From: a virus
Taxonomy: Duplodnaviria > Caudoviricetes
IMG/VR virus record: IMGVR_UViG_3300025018_000243
Coordinates: 1 to 43,447 of that record
Direction: 5' to 3' (one strand)
DNA: 43,447 nucleotides
Below are positions 8,526 through 19,087 of this stretch, piece by piece. The stretch's first letter is position 1. The number at the start of each line of letters is the position of its first letter. The translations under genes and the position numbers were made by a program. The notes under the pieces are model-generated. The model worked only from the letters and a program-made list of their open reading frames with translations. It did no database searches and had not been told where the DNA came from.

Positions 8526-10689
8526 TGTAGACGACCTCAATCAACTTTATGAAGACGGGACGAAGATTGATGAAAAAACCTACGCGGAGATGCGTAGTAA
8601 TATTTTACTAGTCTCAGGCGAGCACTACTCGAAGAAAAATCTCAACACGTCGAAAAATAATATCAGGTCTTCAGCAAAAAGTGCTGAAACACTAAAACTT
8701 CGGATCACTAAAAACTACACTCACCGCGTTTCCAGAATTTACCACGATGCAATTATTTCTAAAGCCCCCGGCGTCACTGTTGTTCCCGCCAACGAAACAG
8801 AGATGCAAGATCAAAAGGATGCTGAACAAAACAAAAAAGTTCTCGAGTATGTTGATCGTCACCACAAAATGAAACAAAAAATTCGCGACTGGGCCGCAGA
8901 GTATGTGGACATCGGAGAAGTCGCCACAAAAGTTTTCTGGGACCCGATGAAAGGTCGCCTTCGAGGTTACGAGCAAAAAGTAACTGAAGATGGGTATCCC
9001 CTTTTTCTAACTCCTGACGGACAAGAAACACCAGAGCAAGGAATGATGGACCCAATGACTGGTCAGCCTGTGCAGTTTGAACCCGCTCCCGATAAATCAC
9101 TTCCCGTCTATAGCGGAGATCTTGTCTTTGAAGACCTTTACGGTTTCAACCTCTGGCGTTGCCCAGGCTCTAAGAAAATGGAAGACTCTCCTTACCTCGG
9201 TCTTCGTAAAATGGCGCAAGTTGATGAATTGAAGACAATGTACGCAGGAAATGAAGCAAAACTTAAAGTCATTGAAAAGAGCACAGACACCGACTATGTG
9301 ATTTTTGACGCGGAGAAATCAGCATATGAAAAACGAGAAAAATGGGTGTTGGTCAGAGAAGTTTATTACAAACCTTGTAGACAATATCCTGAAGGATACT
9401 TCTACATTTGGACTCAACAAGGTATTCTCGAACAAGGCACATTACCTTACGGAATATTTCCAATCCGGTGGAAGGCTTTCGACAGATACGCTTCAACAGC
9501 TCGCGGACGCTCTATTATCAAAGTCATTCGACCTAACCAAGCTGAGATTAATCGAGCTTCTTCCCAGCGAGCAACTCACGGAATTACATTGGCTGATGAT
9601 AAAATCCTCTACCAAGCCGGGACAAAACTGGCACCAGGAGGGTTACTTCCAGGTGTGCGAGGAGTTACGTATCAAGGGTCTCCGCCCACAATTCTCCCAG
9701 GTAGAACCGGAGACCAGTTCACAGGCTACATAAACGAAGAAAAAGCCGATCTCTTCCAACAAGCTATGGTGAGCGAAGAAGCAAGCCAGGAGCAACACAA
9801 CCTTGACCCTTACACTTTGTTATTTCGTACAATGGGTCAGCAAGCCAAGTACAAAAAATACGTTGAACAATTTGAAGAGTATCTTGTTGAAGTGTACGAA
9901 CTTGTTCTCGAGCTTCTTCGTTTGTATTTGGACGATGAAGATCTCGGACAGATCCTTGGACCCAGAGAAAAAGGAAATCTTTCTGAGTTCAGGAAACAAA
10001 CTCCGCAGACTTTCAGAATTTCTGTTAAAGCGCAGAGTGACACTATCGACACTCAACTTGGTAAGCAATTGACTTTCAACCATTTGCTCCAGTACATGGG
10101 TAAAAACTTAGGTCAGGATCAACTTGGAATGATTGTGAAGAACATGCCTTTTGTGAATAACGAAGAAGTTCTCAGCGATCTTACGATCAACTACGAAAAC
10201 GTGAAAAATGATATGCTCGCACTTGAAAGAGGCGAGATGCCACAAGTTTCTCCTTACGACGACAATGAGTATTACATCAAAAAGCTAACTCACCGAATGA
10301 AACAGCATGATTTCCGTTTCTTAAATCCTATGGTGCAACAGAACTATCAACAGTTCATTGGCATCCACCAGGAGCAACAGAAACAGAAAGTGGAAGCGGC
10401 GAAACAAGCTCAGGCTGGTTTCATCCCCACAGGTGGAGCGATGATTACTGTGAACATGCGTATGCCAGATCCTAATGGAGAAGGCACGAAGCAAGTTCGC
10501 TTGCCTTATAACGCGGTTATGGATTTAATTAAAAAACTTGAGTCTCAAGGTATGGACTTGCAGACTTTAGAACAAATGAACCAAGGTGCTCTCATGGAAA
10601 TGTACGGACAGATGCAATCCGAACAATTGGGGGAACCAACAGCGCAGGTAAATAATCAACAATTAGCCCAAAATGGTTATGTAAACTAA
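8512..10689 (+). CDS. Portal protein
   Basis: 725 aa after terL; IGEVATKVFWDP; Q-rich C-terminal barrel-like tail typical of P22-like portals. Confidence 0.85.
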   Translation: MKINSVDDLNQLYEDGTKIDEKTYAEMRSNILLVSGEHYSKKNLNTSKNNIRSSAKSAETLKLRITKNYTHRVSRIYHDAIISKAPGVTVVPANETEMQDQKDAEQNKKVLEYVDRHHKMKQKIRDWAAEYVDIGEVATKVFWDPMKGRLRGYEQKVTEDGYPLFLTPDGQETPEQGMMDPMTGQPVQFEPAPDKSLPVYSGDLVFEDLYGFNLWRCPGSKKMEDSPYLGLRKMAQVDELKTMYAGNEAKLKVIEKSTDTDYVIFDAEKSAYEKREKWVLVREVYYKPCRQYPEGYFYIWTQQGILEQGTLPYGIFPIRWKAFDRYASTARGRSIIKVIRPNQAEINRASSQRATHGITLADDKILYQAGTKLAPGGLLPGVRGVTYQGSPPTILPGRTGDQFTGYINEEKADLFQQAMVSEEASQEQHNLDPYTLLFRTMGQQAKYKKYVEQFEEYLVEVYELVLELLRLYLDDEDLGQILGPREKGNLSEFRKQTPQTFRISVKAQSDTIDTQLGKQLTFNHLLQYMGKNLGQDQLGMIVKNMPFVNNEEVLSDLTINYENVKNDMLALERGEMPQVSPYDDNEYYIKKLTHRMKQHDFRFLNPMVQQNYQQFIGIHQEQQKQKVEAAKQAQAGFIPTGGAMITVNMRMPDPNGEGTKQVRLPYNAVMDLIKKLESQGMDLQTLEQMNQGALMEMYGQMQSEQLGEPTAQVNNQQLAQNGYVN

Positions 10690-10705
10690 CAAGGAGAACG
10701 CACCG

Positions 10706-11839
10706 ATGCCACCATTACAAACAGGGGAAGAGCCCACAATCAATAGAGAGTTCGATAACGAATTGAGTCCACAGTTGGATGACAAGCAAAAGACCCACTC
10801 CCTGGAGCGGGATGAAAAAGTCGAAGGGGCTGAACCCACACTCAATGTTAAGCGCGAAGAGCCTAAACAAACCTTGGATGCGCCAGCCGAAGGTACAGAA
10901 TTAAAATCGGGCGAGCAAACCGCCGACGGGCAAGTAACCGGAGAAGTTGAGAGCAAACCGTCAGAATTTAAACCTGACTATAAGTTTAAGGTCCGCGATC
11001 AAGAAATTGAAATGGATGATTGGGTTAAGGATCTCGTCAAAGACGAGGAAACCTTTAAAAAGGTTCAGGATCTTTACACCAGGGGGCATGGCCTTGAGAT
11101 CGCAAAACAGGAACGTGATGAGTTCAAAAGCAAGTTTTCGGACCTAGAACAAAGTGTTAACCATGTGGCCGGGATTGCCAACGAATATTATAAAGATCCT
11201 GCTAACCCGCAGCATGCAGCCAAGGTTGCCCGTCAATTTATTGAAGCTTTGGGGTTGCCAAAACAAATGTTTCTACAATACGCTATTGATGAAGTTAATT
11301 ATCAAAATTTGCCTCCGGAACAGAAGCGATATATTGATAATCAACGTCAAACTGAGATGACACTTGCCCAGTTGCAACAACAGAACCAACAACTGCAGTC
11401 GCAAACGGGTAATTTACAGTCTCAGCACTATGAGCAATTGCTCGGCTATAAGATGGCTGACCCCACGATAGCCCCGATTGTTCAAGAGTACGAAACCAGA
11501 GTCGGGAGACCTGGAGCGTTCCGAGAAATGGTTGTTCAGAGAGGGATCTATCGTGAACGACTCGATGGAACAGTAATAACGCCTGACCAAGCGGTTAACG
11601 AGGTCATCCAATTGTTGGGTATCACTCCTGGGGGGACTCAGACTCAAACTGGCGGACAGATGGGGACATCTCAAAACCAACCACAACAACAGCAAGTACA
11701 GCAACCGTTGCAACAGCAACAAAAACCTGTGCTCCCGAATGTTTCCGGTCAAGGAACCGCGTCTCCTGTGAAGAAGACGTATTCTACACTGGATCAAATT
11801 CGTAAGCGCAGAGATGAGCTTCTCGCCCAACAAGGGTAA
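10706..11839 (+). CDS. Scaffolding protein
   Basis: Acidic disordered N-terminus, YKFKVRDQEIEM, coiled coil; lies between portal and capsid. Confidence 0.7.
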   Translation: MPPLQTGEEPTINREFDNELSPQLDDKQKTHSLERDEKVEGAEPTLNVKREEPKQTLDAPAEGTELKSGEQTADGQVTGEVESKPSEFKPDYKFKVRDQEIEMDDWVKDLVKDEETFKKVQDLYTRGHGLEIAKQERDEFKSKFSDLEQSVNHVAGIANEYYKDPANPQHAAKVARQFIEALGLPKQMFLQYAIDEVNYQNLPPEQKRYIDNQRQTEMTLAQLQQQNQQLQSQTGNLQSQHYEQLLGYKMADPTIAPIVQEYETRVGRPGAFREMVVQRGIYRERLDGTVITPDQAVNEVIQLLGITPGGTQTQTGGQMGTSQNQPQQQQVQQPLQQQQKPVLPNVSGQGTASPVKKTYSTLDQIRKRRDELLAQQG

Positions 11840-11869
11840 GGCTCATAACCAACAGTTTGAGAGGAAAGT

Positions 11870-13123
11870 ATGACTACAACTAGACAGTTTCAGGACATGC
11901 TTAATGAGTATCTCCCCAACAACCTTTTAAAAGAAGAGTTGATCCCACGGGATTACATTTTAAGCAATTGTCAAAAAGATAATACTTGGAAGGGTGGGAA
12001 AGTCCCCGTTCCATTTAAAGGTACGGGCGCTTCGTCGATCCGTATGGGTCAATTAACAGCCAACAACGATATTGCTCAGAGCAAATACGTTCGTGGTTAT
12101 CTGAATGATTATGTGGAAGCTTGGGGATCATTGATCTTCGACCATACAGACATCGTTCAGCACGATGGCAAAATCCCCGAGACAACTTTCCTAAGTGTCC
12201 TTTCGGACAACATGGAAGATTTCATGGATTACATGAAAATGGTTGTTTCCATCCAGATCGGTACAGGTCCTTATTTTGCTTCGGCAAAAGCTGACGGTAC
12301 TGCGGGTGGATTGCTCGAGGTGGATCGTGTGGATCGTTTTTGCTTACGTCAAAAAGTTACTCTAAAGAGTGACCTTGTGGCTGCGGCTTCTTTCTACGTG
12401 ATCGCGATTAACCTAAACACAGACATCGTTACGTTGTCAGCAACTCGTGGTGGAGCGCCAGCGGATATTTCAGCATATCTTCTTGCCGGCAACACTCGTG
12501 TTTTTACTGACGGTGCGGACGTTGAGTCTTTTGCTTCGGCAAAAAGTGCTTTGTTGTCTGCGGCTAACGGTGGATCTGCGACCCTTCACGGTGTCAGCAA
12601 ATTGGCTTACCCCTATTTGCAAGCGATCAACATCGACGGTTCAACTTGGACTTCAGCGAACGTACTCGATAAGCTTTTCGACGCGTACACCGAAGTTCGT
12701 AAGAAGGCCCGTGGTAAGGCGACTGAAATCATTATGTCTTACACCATTGGTGGAGCCGTGATGAAACAGATCGAAAACCGCGCAACAGCCAGTGCTAACC
12801 ACTCTGTGAGTGTTCTTGATAAGAAGGCGTCTCTTTACGGTTGGGATGAAATACTCCTTACAACCATTAAGGGAACTCTTAAACTTGTCATGATCCAAGA
12901 GTGGGATGACGATGTTGTATGGTTCCGCGATCCTAAGTCGCACACCTTCCGTACTAACGGTTATTTCCGTAAGCGTAAAGCTCCGGATGGCCGAGAGTGG
13001 TTCGAGGTTCGCTCTGAAGATGGATACGCATATTTAATTGATATGTGTCTCTATGGAGAGATGGAATGGACCAAACCAGGCAACAACGCCATGGTTTATG
13101 GTATTGACCCAGCCAACTTCTAA
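11870..13123 (+). CDS. Major capsid protein
   Basis: 417 aa after the scaffold; codon usage looks strongly biased; followed by a strong terminator. Confidence 0.8.
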   Translation: MTTTRQFQDMLNEYLPNNLLKEELIPRDYILSNCQKDNTWKGGKVPVPFKGTGASSIRMGQLTANNDIAQSKYVRGYLNDYVEAWGSLIFDHTDIVQHDGKIPETTFLSVLSDNMEDFMDYMKMVVSIQIGTGPYFASAKADGTAGGLLEVDRVDRFCLRQKVTLKSDLVAAASFYVIAINLNTDIVTLSATRGGAPADISAYLLAGNTRVFTDGADVESFASAKSALLSAANGGSATLHGVSKLAYPYLQAINIDGSTWTSANVLDKLFDAYTEVRKKARGKATEIIMSYTIGGAVMKQIENRATASANHSVSVLDKKASLYGWDEILLTTIKGTLKLVMIQEWDDDVVWFRDPKSHTFRTNGYFRKRKAPDGREWFEVRSEDGYAYLIDMCLYGEMEWTKPGNNAMVYGIDPANF

Positions 13124-13132
13124 CGAAGTTTT

Positions 13133-13156
13133 AAGGGGGCTCTTCGGAGCCCCTTT
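13133..13156 (+). terminator. Rho-independent terminator after the capsid gene
   Basis: GGGGCTC-TTCG-GAGCCCC stem with cUUCGg tetraloop followed by TTT. Confidence 0.85.
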
Positions 13157-13179
13157 CGAGTTTATAACGGGAGGGATCA

Positions 13180-13485
13180 ATGTCAGATAAAGACGGCGTG
13201 GCAAAAACACGCACAGAGCAATTAAAATCACACCTTCACATGCAGGTAAAACAGCATATTGTCTTCGACAGTGGTGGGAGACCGCAGTTTGTTTTTACAG
13301 CTCCTATCAACGCAAGAGATGGAAGCCCCTGCACAGTTACTGAGTACGTTTACAAGGCAATCAACTCCACGCAAGTCGCTAAAAGACAAGAGCGAGAGTA
13401 TTTTTGGAAAGCTGCGTGGGACACTGGGTTTACCTTTGATCCTTCAGTTGACTACGACCCAGACAACAATAGTGAGATGCCATGA
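13180..13485 (+). CDS. Putative virion protein
   Basis: RBS GGAGG; ATGA coupling to the next gene. Confidence 0.7.
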   Translation: MSDKDGVAKTRTEQLKSHLHMQVKQHIVFDSGGRPQFVFTAPINARDGSPCTVTEYVYKAINSTQVAKRQEREYFWKAAWDTGFTFDPSVDYDPDNNSEMP

Positions 13486-15662
13486 TTTTTGAGAAGAACC
13501 GCTTCGAGATATGGAACTTTCAACAGCATCCATATCGCCACAGTCTCGCAGAGTTTTCATTTACAAACCCAGCTCTTCCAAGCGGGTATTATGATGCTGA
13601 GTCAGCACTAAATTATATTCTTGCGGTTCTTTACCCACAAACACAAGAGAACGTCCCAACCCCTGGTGATCTCCCCCTGGTAGGAAACAACTTAGGTGAT
13701 TATCGAATAGTGGACGACGACGGTGACGGGAAGTCAGCCGGGTACAGGTGGGAGCAACGCGAAGGCGACGCTTCTCCACAGTGGTATAAAATTTTTGATG
13801 TGGACTGGTCAACGGACGCAATTCTCGGAGCCGTTACCAATGTCACTCAAGACTTATATTTCAATTCAAAGGGGAAAACCGATCTCGATGAACTCGGCGA
13901 TCCTATTACGGGTCTTTACGCCGGACAAAAAGTATTCGGTGGAAATCAGGCCGGACAAAATTTAACTCTTAATGCAAACTCCGGTGACGGAGTAGGGCCT
14001 GAGACCGGATATGTTCAGATCGACTCTGCTTTCCGTCCAACTCTTGATGACACTTTTGATCTTTCAACTGCGACCGAGAGATGGAGAAATGCTTATTTCA
14101 GTGGAGACCTTTTTGTAGGGACTCTCACTCTAAGCGCGAACACAATCACTGACTCCACAGGGACCATTGATTTTGACAATGAAAACTTAATTACAACTGG
14201 AAATTTTACAGGGGCAACCGTTACCGGAACCTCTCTTGTCGCGGACGACTCTGTAAACACCGTGACCCTGGTTCCAGGGAGTATTACTGATACATCTGGG
14301 GCAATCGCGTTCGGTGCGGCGAACCTTAGTACGACAGGGACTCTCGGAGCTGGGGTCACAACCTTATCTGCGGGAGCTGAGAACCTGACACTGAACCCGG
14401 ACAACGGGAGTAGTCGGGCCAGCATCACGTCCTCTCTAGGTGCTATCGACTTTGCGGATGAAGACCTTTACACGACTGGAGCCCTGAATGTTGGTAGTAT
14501 AGTCGCAGGTCAGCTCGATGTGGATAATATTCGCCTTGACGGGAACACAATCTCGACGACTGACGTGAATGGAAACCTAGTCCTACTACCCAATGGTACA
14601 GGTGTGGTGGATGTTCAAAAGACTCTCAACACTCTAAGTGTCAACACCACAGGAACCCATACAGTCACAGGCATTCTCAATGTCGATAACTTACGACTTG
14701 ATGGGAACGCTTTAAGAGCCACGAATTTAGGCGGAGCTTTAAACCTTGAGGTCAACGGCTCTGGCAACATCACTTTCAACACCAATCTTGTACCCACAAT
14801 CAGTGGTTCTTTTGATATTGGATCTGGTGCAGCTCTTCTCAACGATGTCTTCCTAAGTGGGGGCTTAAGAAATGCCACAAATGAAATTGCTATTACTACT
14901 TTACTCGCTTTTCGTTCTGGTATTTGGCGCGATCTTGCTCAGACACAACCCGCACAGTCTGGAGATAGTCTTTTTTATGACTCCGGCAATAATGTTTGGC
15001 TTGCTTCTGTTCCAGACTCGGAAATAGATCACGGCGTAATCTCAGGTCTTCTTGACGATGATCACACTCAGTACATGCTCCTTGCAGGTCGTCCAGGTGG
15101 ACAGACTCTTCAGGGTGGAACAGCGGCTGGCGAGAACCTTACACTTGAGAGTACAAGCAATGCCACAAAAGGTTCTGTCATCACGAGTGACAACTTCCTT
15201 CCAGGAACCAACGCTTCTTTTAGTGCTGGCTGGAGTGGGCTTGATCTTGGAAGTGCAAGCTTTGCTTTCAACGACATTTATTCTCGCGGTGAGCATCGAA
15301 ATCTTCGCTTTGAAAACTTCACTCTTGCAACCTTGCCAGCAAGCTCAGGTCAGAACATTGGCCGGGTCATGTGGGCAACCGACACCGAAAAAGCCTACGT
15401 GGACACAGGCTCACAGATCAAACCCCTGGGGGTATCGAAGTTTGTGGCCGATCAAGTGTTTGATGGGGTCCAATTGACAAAGGATGTCGATGTTTCAAGT
15501 GACATACAAGACGCTCGAAACTGCATATTTTCGCTTTTGAATAATGCTAACAATTTTTCTAAAATGTACGTTACTCTTAAGGCCACGAGTGCCAGTAACA
15601 TTCGCATTGAAACAGATGCTCCACTTCCAGCGGGTTCATACCGTTTGATAGTGATTGAATAG
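13482..15662 (+). CDS. Repetitive fibre-like virion protein
   Basis: G/T/S/N-rich; ITxxxGxIxF...LxTTG x3; VDNxRLDGN x2; DHGxxSGLxDDDHTQY fibre motif. Confidence 0.75.
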   Translation: MIFEKNRFEIWNFQQHPYRHSLAEFSFTNPALPSGYYDAESALNYILAVLYPQTQENVPTPGDLPLVGNNLGDYRIVDDDGDGKSAGYRWEQREGDASPQWYKIFDVDWSTDAILGAVTNVTQDLYFNSKGKTDLDELGDPITGLYAGQKVFGGNQAGQNLTLNANSGDGVGPETGYVQIDSAFRPTLDDTFDLSTATERWRNAYFSGDLFVGTLTLSANTITDSTGTIDFDNENLITTGNFTGATVTGTSLVADDSVNTVTLVPGSITDTSGAIAFGAANLSTTGTLGAGVTTLSAGAENLTLNPDNGSSRASITSSLGAIDFADEDLYTTGALNVGSIVAGQLDVDNIRLDGNTISTTDVNGNLVLLPNGTGVVDVQKTLNTLSVNTTGTHTVTGILNVDNLRLDGNALRATNLGGALNLEVNGSGNITFNTNLVPTISGSFDIGSGAALLNDVFLSGGLRNATNEIAITTLLAFRSGIWRDLAQTQPAQSGDSLFYDSGNNVWLASVPDSEIDHGVISGLLDDDHTQYMLLAGRPGGQTLQGGTAAGENLTLESTSNATKGSVITSDNFLPGTNASFSAGWSGLDLGSASFAFNDIYSRGEHRNLRFENFTLATLPASSGQNIGRVMWATDTEKAYVDTGSQIKPLGVSKFVADQVFDGVQLTKDVDVSSDIQDARNCIFSLLNNANNFSKMYVTLKATSASNIRIETDAPLPAGSYRLIVIE

Positions 15663-15670
15663 GGGGATTA

Positions 15671-17839
15671 ATGGAAGTTTACGGTCAACTCTTAACTGCA
15701 GGTCTTGAAAGACGCACCAGCAATCCCACCGGGGCCAATCTCTTCATTGGACGTATGTGGTTTCGCACAGACACGAACAAGTTTCATGTTTATGATGGAA
15801 CTGTTGTTCTTGAGTTTGCGGATCTGACAAGTGCTCAGACTTTCCAACAAAAGACTCTTGCAGGTGCGACGATCTCAGATTTCTTGCAGTTCACGCAACA
15901 AGGCTCAACCCCAGCCAACCCCGGAGCTGGCTCCAATCGCATCTATTTCAAAACGGACGGTACTCCTTATACTCTTGACTCTAATGGGAACGAATTACCG
16001 TTAGGCGCGGGTGGAGGGGGTTCCAAGAACTACTTTGAGGATACCGATGCTAAGATCGACTCGACTGTTGGTAATTGGCTTACTGACGATGGAGCGGGTT
16101 CTCCTTCAGGGGGCTTAACTTTATCTTTGACTGCAGTTGCTGGCGAGTTGCTTGCTGGAGCGAACTCTCTTAAGATTGTTAAAGATGCAGCTAATAGAGA
16201 CGGTCACTTCGTTAAAGTATTATCTAAAACTATTGATCCTAGTGATCGTGGGCGTCCTAACTATGGCTCTTTTGAATTTCGCCCTGGTACTGGTTACGTT
16301 AGTTCTGACTTAATTTGGGAAGTGTACGATGTGACAAATGCCGCTGTTCTTTATAGTGGTGCGTCTTCGGATTTAGAATTTTTAAATGCACGAGGTCGTT
16401 TTACTTGGGTTACTTATCTCGCGGAGACTACTGAACAAGTTGAGTTTCGTTTAAAAGTAAACAACACCAACACGAATGCTTTTGAAGTATTCGCCGACGA
16501 GTTCTCTTTTGGTCCTTTAGGACAATTTCTAGGTTTACCTGCAAGTGAATGGGAGCAATTCACCGCTACTTTTAATAACACAGGTGGATGGACTATCGGT
16601 CAGAATTGCCAAAAAAGACGTATTGGCGACATGATGCACGTCAAACTTTCCCTTCAGTTTACTGGTTCTGGTTCAGGCGCGAGTTTGTTTAGCTTTAACA
16701 TCCCGGATGGATTAACTTTAAAAGGTTCTTCTCTCGCAGCGGGTCCTTACATGATTTTTGACTTTAATGATAACAATGGACACTTAACTTCTTTCGGCCA
16801 GTTTTCTGCAGGCAATGCTATATCTTTCGTAAATCCAGGAATTACTGGAAGCTTAACGGCAAATAATTTAGTAAATACATCATACATACGAGCCGAGTTT
16901 TTTATTCCCATCTCTGAGTGGGACACAACTAATATTGTAAACACAAACCAATTTTCGCAACAAACAATGCGAGCATCTATTTACCGTTCTGCGGATCAAG
17001 CAATTGGAGACGCGAACCAAAATACCGTAGCTTTTAATACAGTAGATTTTGATAAGTTTGGTATGTTTTCCGTTGCTGATAATGGGATTAAAATTTTAAA
17101 AGATGGACCCCATAAAGTTACAGCCAAAATCATTATTTCTGGTTTATCTGGAGATGAGCAATTTATTGCAAGAATTTTAAAAAATGGGTCTCAAATTGAT
17201 CGCGTTGTGGACCGATCTCCCAACAGTGATTTACCGATTTACTTTGATCGAACTTTTGAATTCGTAAGAAACGATATTATAACGATAGCCGTAGACTCCA
17301 GCGTGGATACAAACTATACCGTTCGCGGTGGAATAGCGGATAGTTTTTTACAAGTTTCGTTAGAAGGAGAAAACACGTTCTTAGGTGTCGTCAAGAACGA
17401 AGAGTACCTTGAAACATTAATAAGCAGTAGCACGACAACTACCTTAGCGAATACCGAAACGGATGTTGTTGGTTCAGAGCTACCAATAGGAGAGGGTACT
17501 TGGGATATTGGGTATGACATCGACCATGTGACCAGAAACCTTACGGCTTCAAACAATACTCAGTTCGGATCAATTATGGTGACAGATGACCTCGACAACA
17601 GAATACCGTCCCTGGAGTCATTGACTGGAGGGGTAATGCCCCCCAATGCTGAAGTGAACGCCTCTAGTTCTAAACAAAAAAGAATAACCTTAACTGCACC
17701 TACAACACTTAAAATTAGGATCGCGTCACTGAATGCAGCGGCTTCAGGTACATTTGGTGTTAGGGCTTCAGGAAATGTCACGGGAAGTTTACCAGGCGAT
17801 GACTCAGTATCACGGTTTTGGGCAAGGAGAGTAAAATGA
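15671..17839 (+). CDS. Tail fibre / receptor-binding protein with several beta-sandwich domains, one C1q/TNF-like
   Basis: TPANPGAG...YFKTDG linker; ASIYRSADQ...VAFNTVDFD...GPHKVTA C1q-like pattern. Confidence 0.7.
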   Translation: MEVYGQLLTAGLERRTSNPTGANLFIGRMWFRTDTNKFHVYDGTVVLEFADLTSAQTFQQKTLAGATISDFLQFTQQGSTPANPGAGSNRIYFKTDGTPYTLDSNGNELPLGAGGGGSKNYFEDTDAKIDSTVGNWLTDDGAGSPSGGLTLSLTAVAGELLAGANSLKIVKDAANRDGHFVKVLSKTIDPSDRGRPNYGSFEFRPGTGYVSSDLIWEVYDVTNAAVLYSGASSDLEFLNARGRFTWVTYLAETTEQVEFRLKVNNTNTNAFEVFADEFSFGPLGQFLGLPASEWEQFTATFNNTGGWTIGQNCQKRRIGDMMHVKLSLQFTGSGSGASLFSFNIPDGLTLKGSSLAAGPYMIFDFNDNNGHLTSFGQFSAGNAISFVNPGITGSLTANNLVNTSYIRAEFFIPISEWDTTNIVNTNQFSQQTMRASIYRSADQAIGDANQNTVAFNTVDFDKFGMFSVADNGIKILKDGPHKVTAKIIISGLSGDEQFIARILKNGSQIDRVVDRSPNSDLPIYFDRTFEFVRNDIITIAVDSSVDTNYTVRGGIADSFLQVSLEGENTFLGVVKNEEYLETLISSSTTTTLANTETDVVGSELPIGEGTWDIGYDIDHVTRNLTASNNTQFGSIMVTDDLDNRIPSLESLTGGVMPPNAEVNASSSKQKRITLTAPTTLKIRIASLNAAASGTFGVRASGNVTGSLPGDDSVSRFWARRVK

Positions 17840-18402
17840 AGAACTTCGTAATTAAAGAAGGCGAGAAAGTTTATGTAAAGCCAGCTCAAGGCTTCACACC
17901 TAAAAATCAAATTGGTCTTGTTCCTCCCTCTATCGCCAGAGAAGATTGGGGTTTTCTCCAAGCAACTCAGAGTAACGATGAGTTTGGTCAACCTGTTTGG
18001 AATATTACAGTCGATGCCACGGCAAAAGCTGCAGCTCTTGCTGAAAAATCAAAAGCTGAGGATATTCAGTCTGCGTACCAAACCATGAGTGATGAAGTGG
18101 ACGCTCGTTTGTACGAAGTTTTTCGCACGATCAAACCTGACTACGCCACAGCGGAGTATGAGACTTGGAAGGATATGAAGGCTCGACCGGACGCTTACGC
18201 CTCCTTTGGCTTAAAAATTGATCATCAATTAAATGATGCCAACGGGATTGAGCTTTTCTCCCCTGGGAGTGCCTTGGATACTTCAGGAAAAATCAATCAG
18301 TACGCAACCAGGAAGATCCAACTTGCTGAAGAGTATGGGACTTATCGAGTTCAGCGCATCCAGCAATTTAAAAACGAAAGACAACAAATTTTAAACTCAT
18401 AG
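17836..18402 (+). CDS. Putative tail fibre assembly/chaperone protein
   Basis: Directly follows the fibre gene; RBS AAGGAG before ATG 17836. Confidence 0.5.
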   Translation: MKNFVIKEGEKVYVKPAQGFTPKNQIGLVPPSIAREDWGFLQATQSNDEFGQPVWNITVDATAKAAALAEKSKAEDIQSAYQTMSDEVDARLYEVFRTIKPDYATAEYETWKDMKARPDAYASFGLKIDHQLNDANGIELFSPGSALDTSGKINQYATRKIQLAEEYGTYRVQRIQQFKNERQQILNS

Positions 18403-18411
18403 GGAGGAACT

Positions 18412-18636
18412 ATGTTTGAGAAGAAAGAAGAAAAACCAGAAGAGAAAAAGGCTGAAGTAAAAAAGCCGGAAGCTCCAAAAGGGAAGAACCCTCTCGACGA
18501 GAAAAAAATCGAGAAGGATCACACCAACGAAGGCACCTTTGTTGAAGGCGAAATTATCAAGTTGAAAGACTTGGAGTTCGTTGTTCACAAAGTTGGGGGT
18601 CTCGAGCTTATCCTTAAGCGTAAGGACTTTGTATGA
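18412..18636 (+). CDS. Small K/E-rich hypothetical protein
   Basis: RBS GGAGG; 74 aa. Confidence 0.7.
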   Translation: MFEKKEEKPEEKKAEVKKPEAPKGKNPLDEKKIEKDHTNEGTFVEGEIIKLKDLEFVVHKVGGLELILKRKDFV

Positions 18637-18857
18637 TGGAGTTGATCGACAAACTTCCACAGTGGGTTCAAGACATCCCTACGTACCTTGGAGTTTTAGT
18701 GGTGATCGCCACGGCTCTTGTGCGTATCCCGGCTCTTGCTCACTACGAAGATGAAGTCCAAGGCGTTGTTAAGGTCATTACCAAAATTTTGGCTTGGTTG
18801 CCAACCATTGGTAAGAACCCTTCAACAAAAGCGTTGGAGAGCAAGCTTAAAAAATGA
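18633..18857 (+). CDS. Putative holin
   Basis: Hydrophobic LGVLVVIATALV plus an amphipathic helix; basic C-terminus; upstream of the endolysin; tandem ATG ATG start. Confidence 0.55.
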   Translation: MMELIDKLPQWVQDIPTYLGVLVVIATALVRIPALAHYEDEVQGVVKVITKILAWLPTIGKNPSTKALESKLKK

Positions 18858-19087
18858 TGGAGTTTCTAACGGGTCTTTTAGCGAAAGTTATCAGACCCAT
18901 AATCCAGGAAGAGTTGAAGGAGTTAAAAGAATTTGCGAAAGAACAGTACCAACAACTTCAGAGCTATAAAAAGCACGACGTGGAAGCTGAAGAGCATATT
19001 AAAGCCGCTGAACTCGCTTCTACCCCTGAAGAAGTTAAGGCCCACTTACGTCGTCTTCGCGACTCTCGCGCCAAGCTTCCTTTGTAG
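18854..19087 (+). CDS. Putative inner-membrane spanin (Rz-like)
   Basis: Weakly hydrophobic N-terminus plus coiled coil; 3' end overlapped by a lipoprotein ORF in the +1 frame. Confidence 0.4.
   Translation: MMEFLTGLLAKVIRPIIQEELKELKEFAKEQYQQLQSYKKHDVEAEEHIKAAELASTPEEVKAHLRRLRDSRAKLPL

Noticed and set aside
15671-17839. Diversity-generating retroelement or invertible tail-fibre cassette
   Set aside because: No reverse transcriptase or invertase, and no TR/VR-like duplicated segment seen
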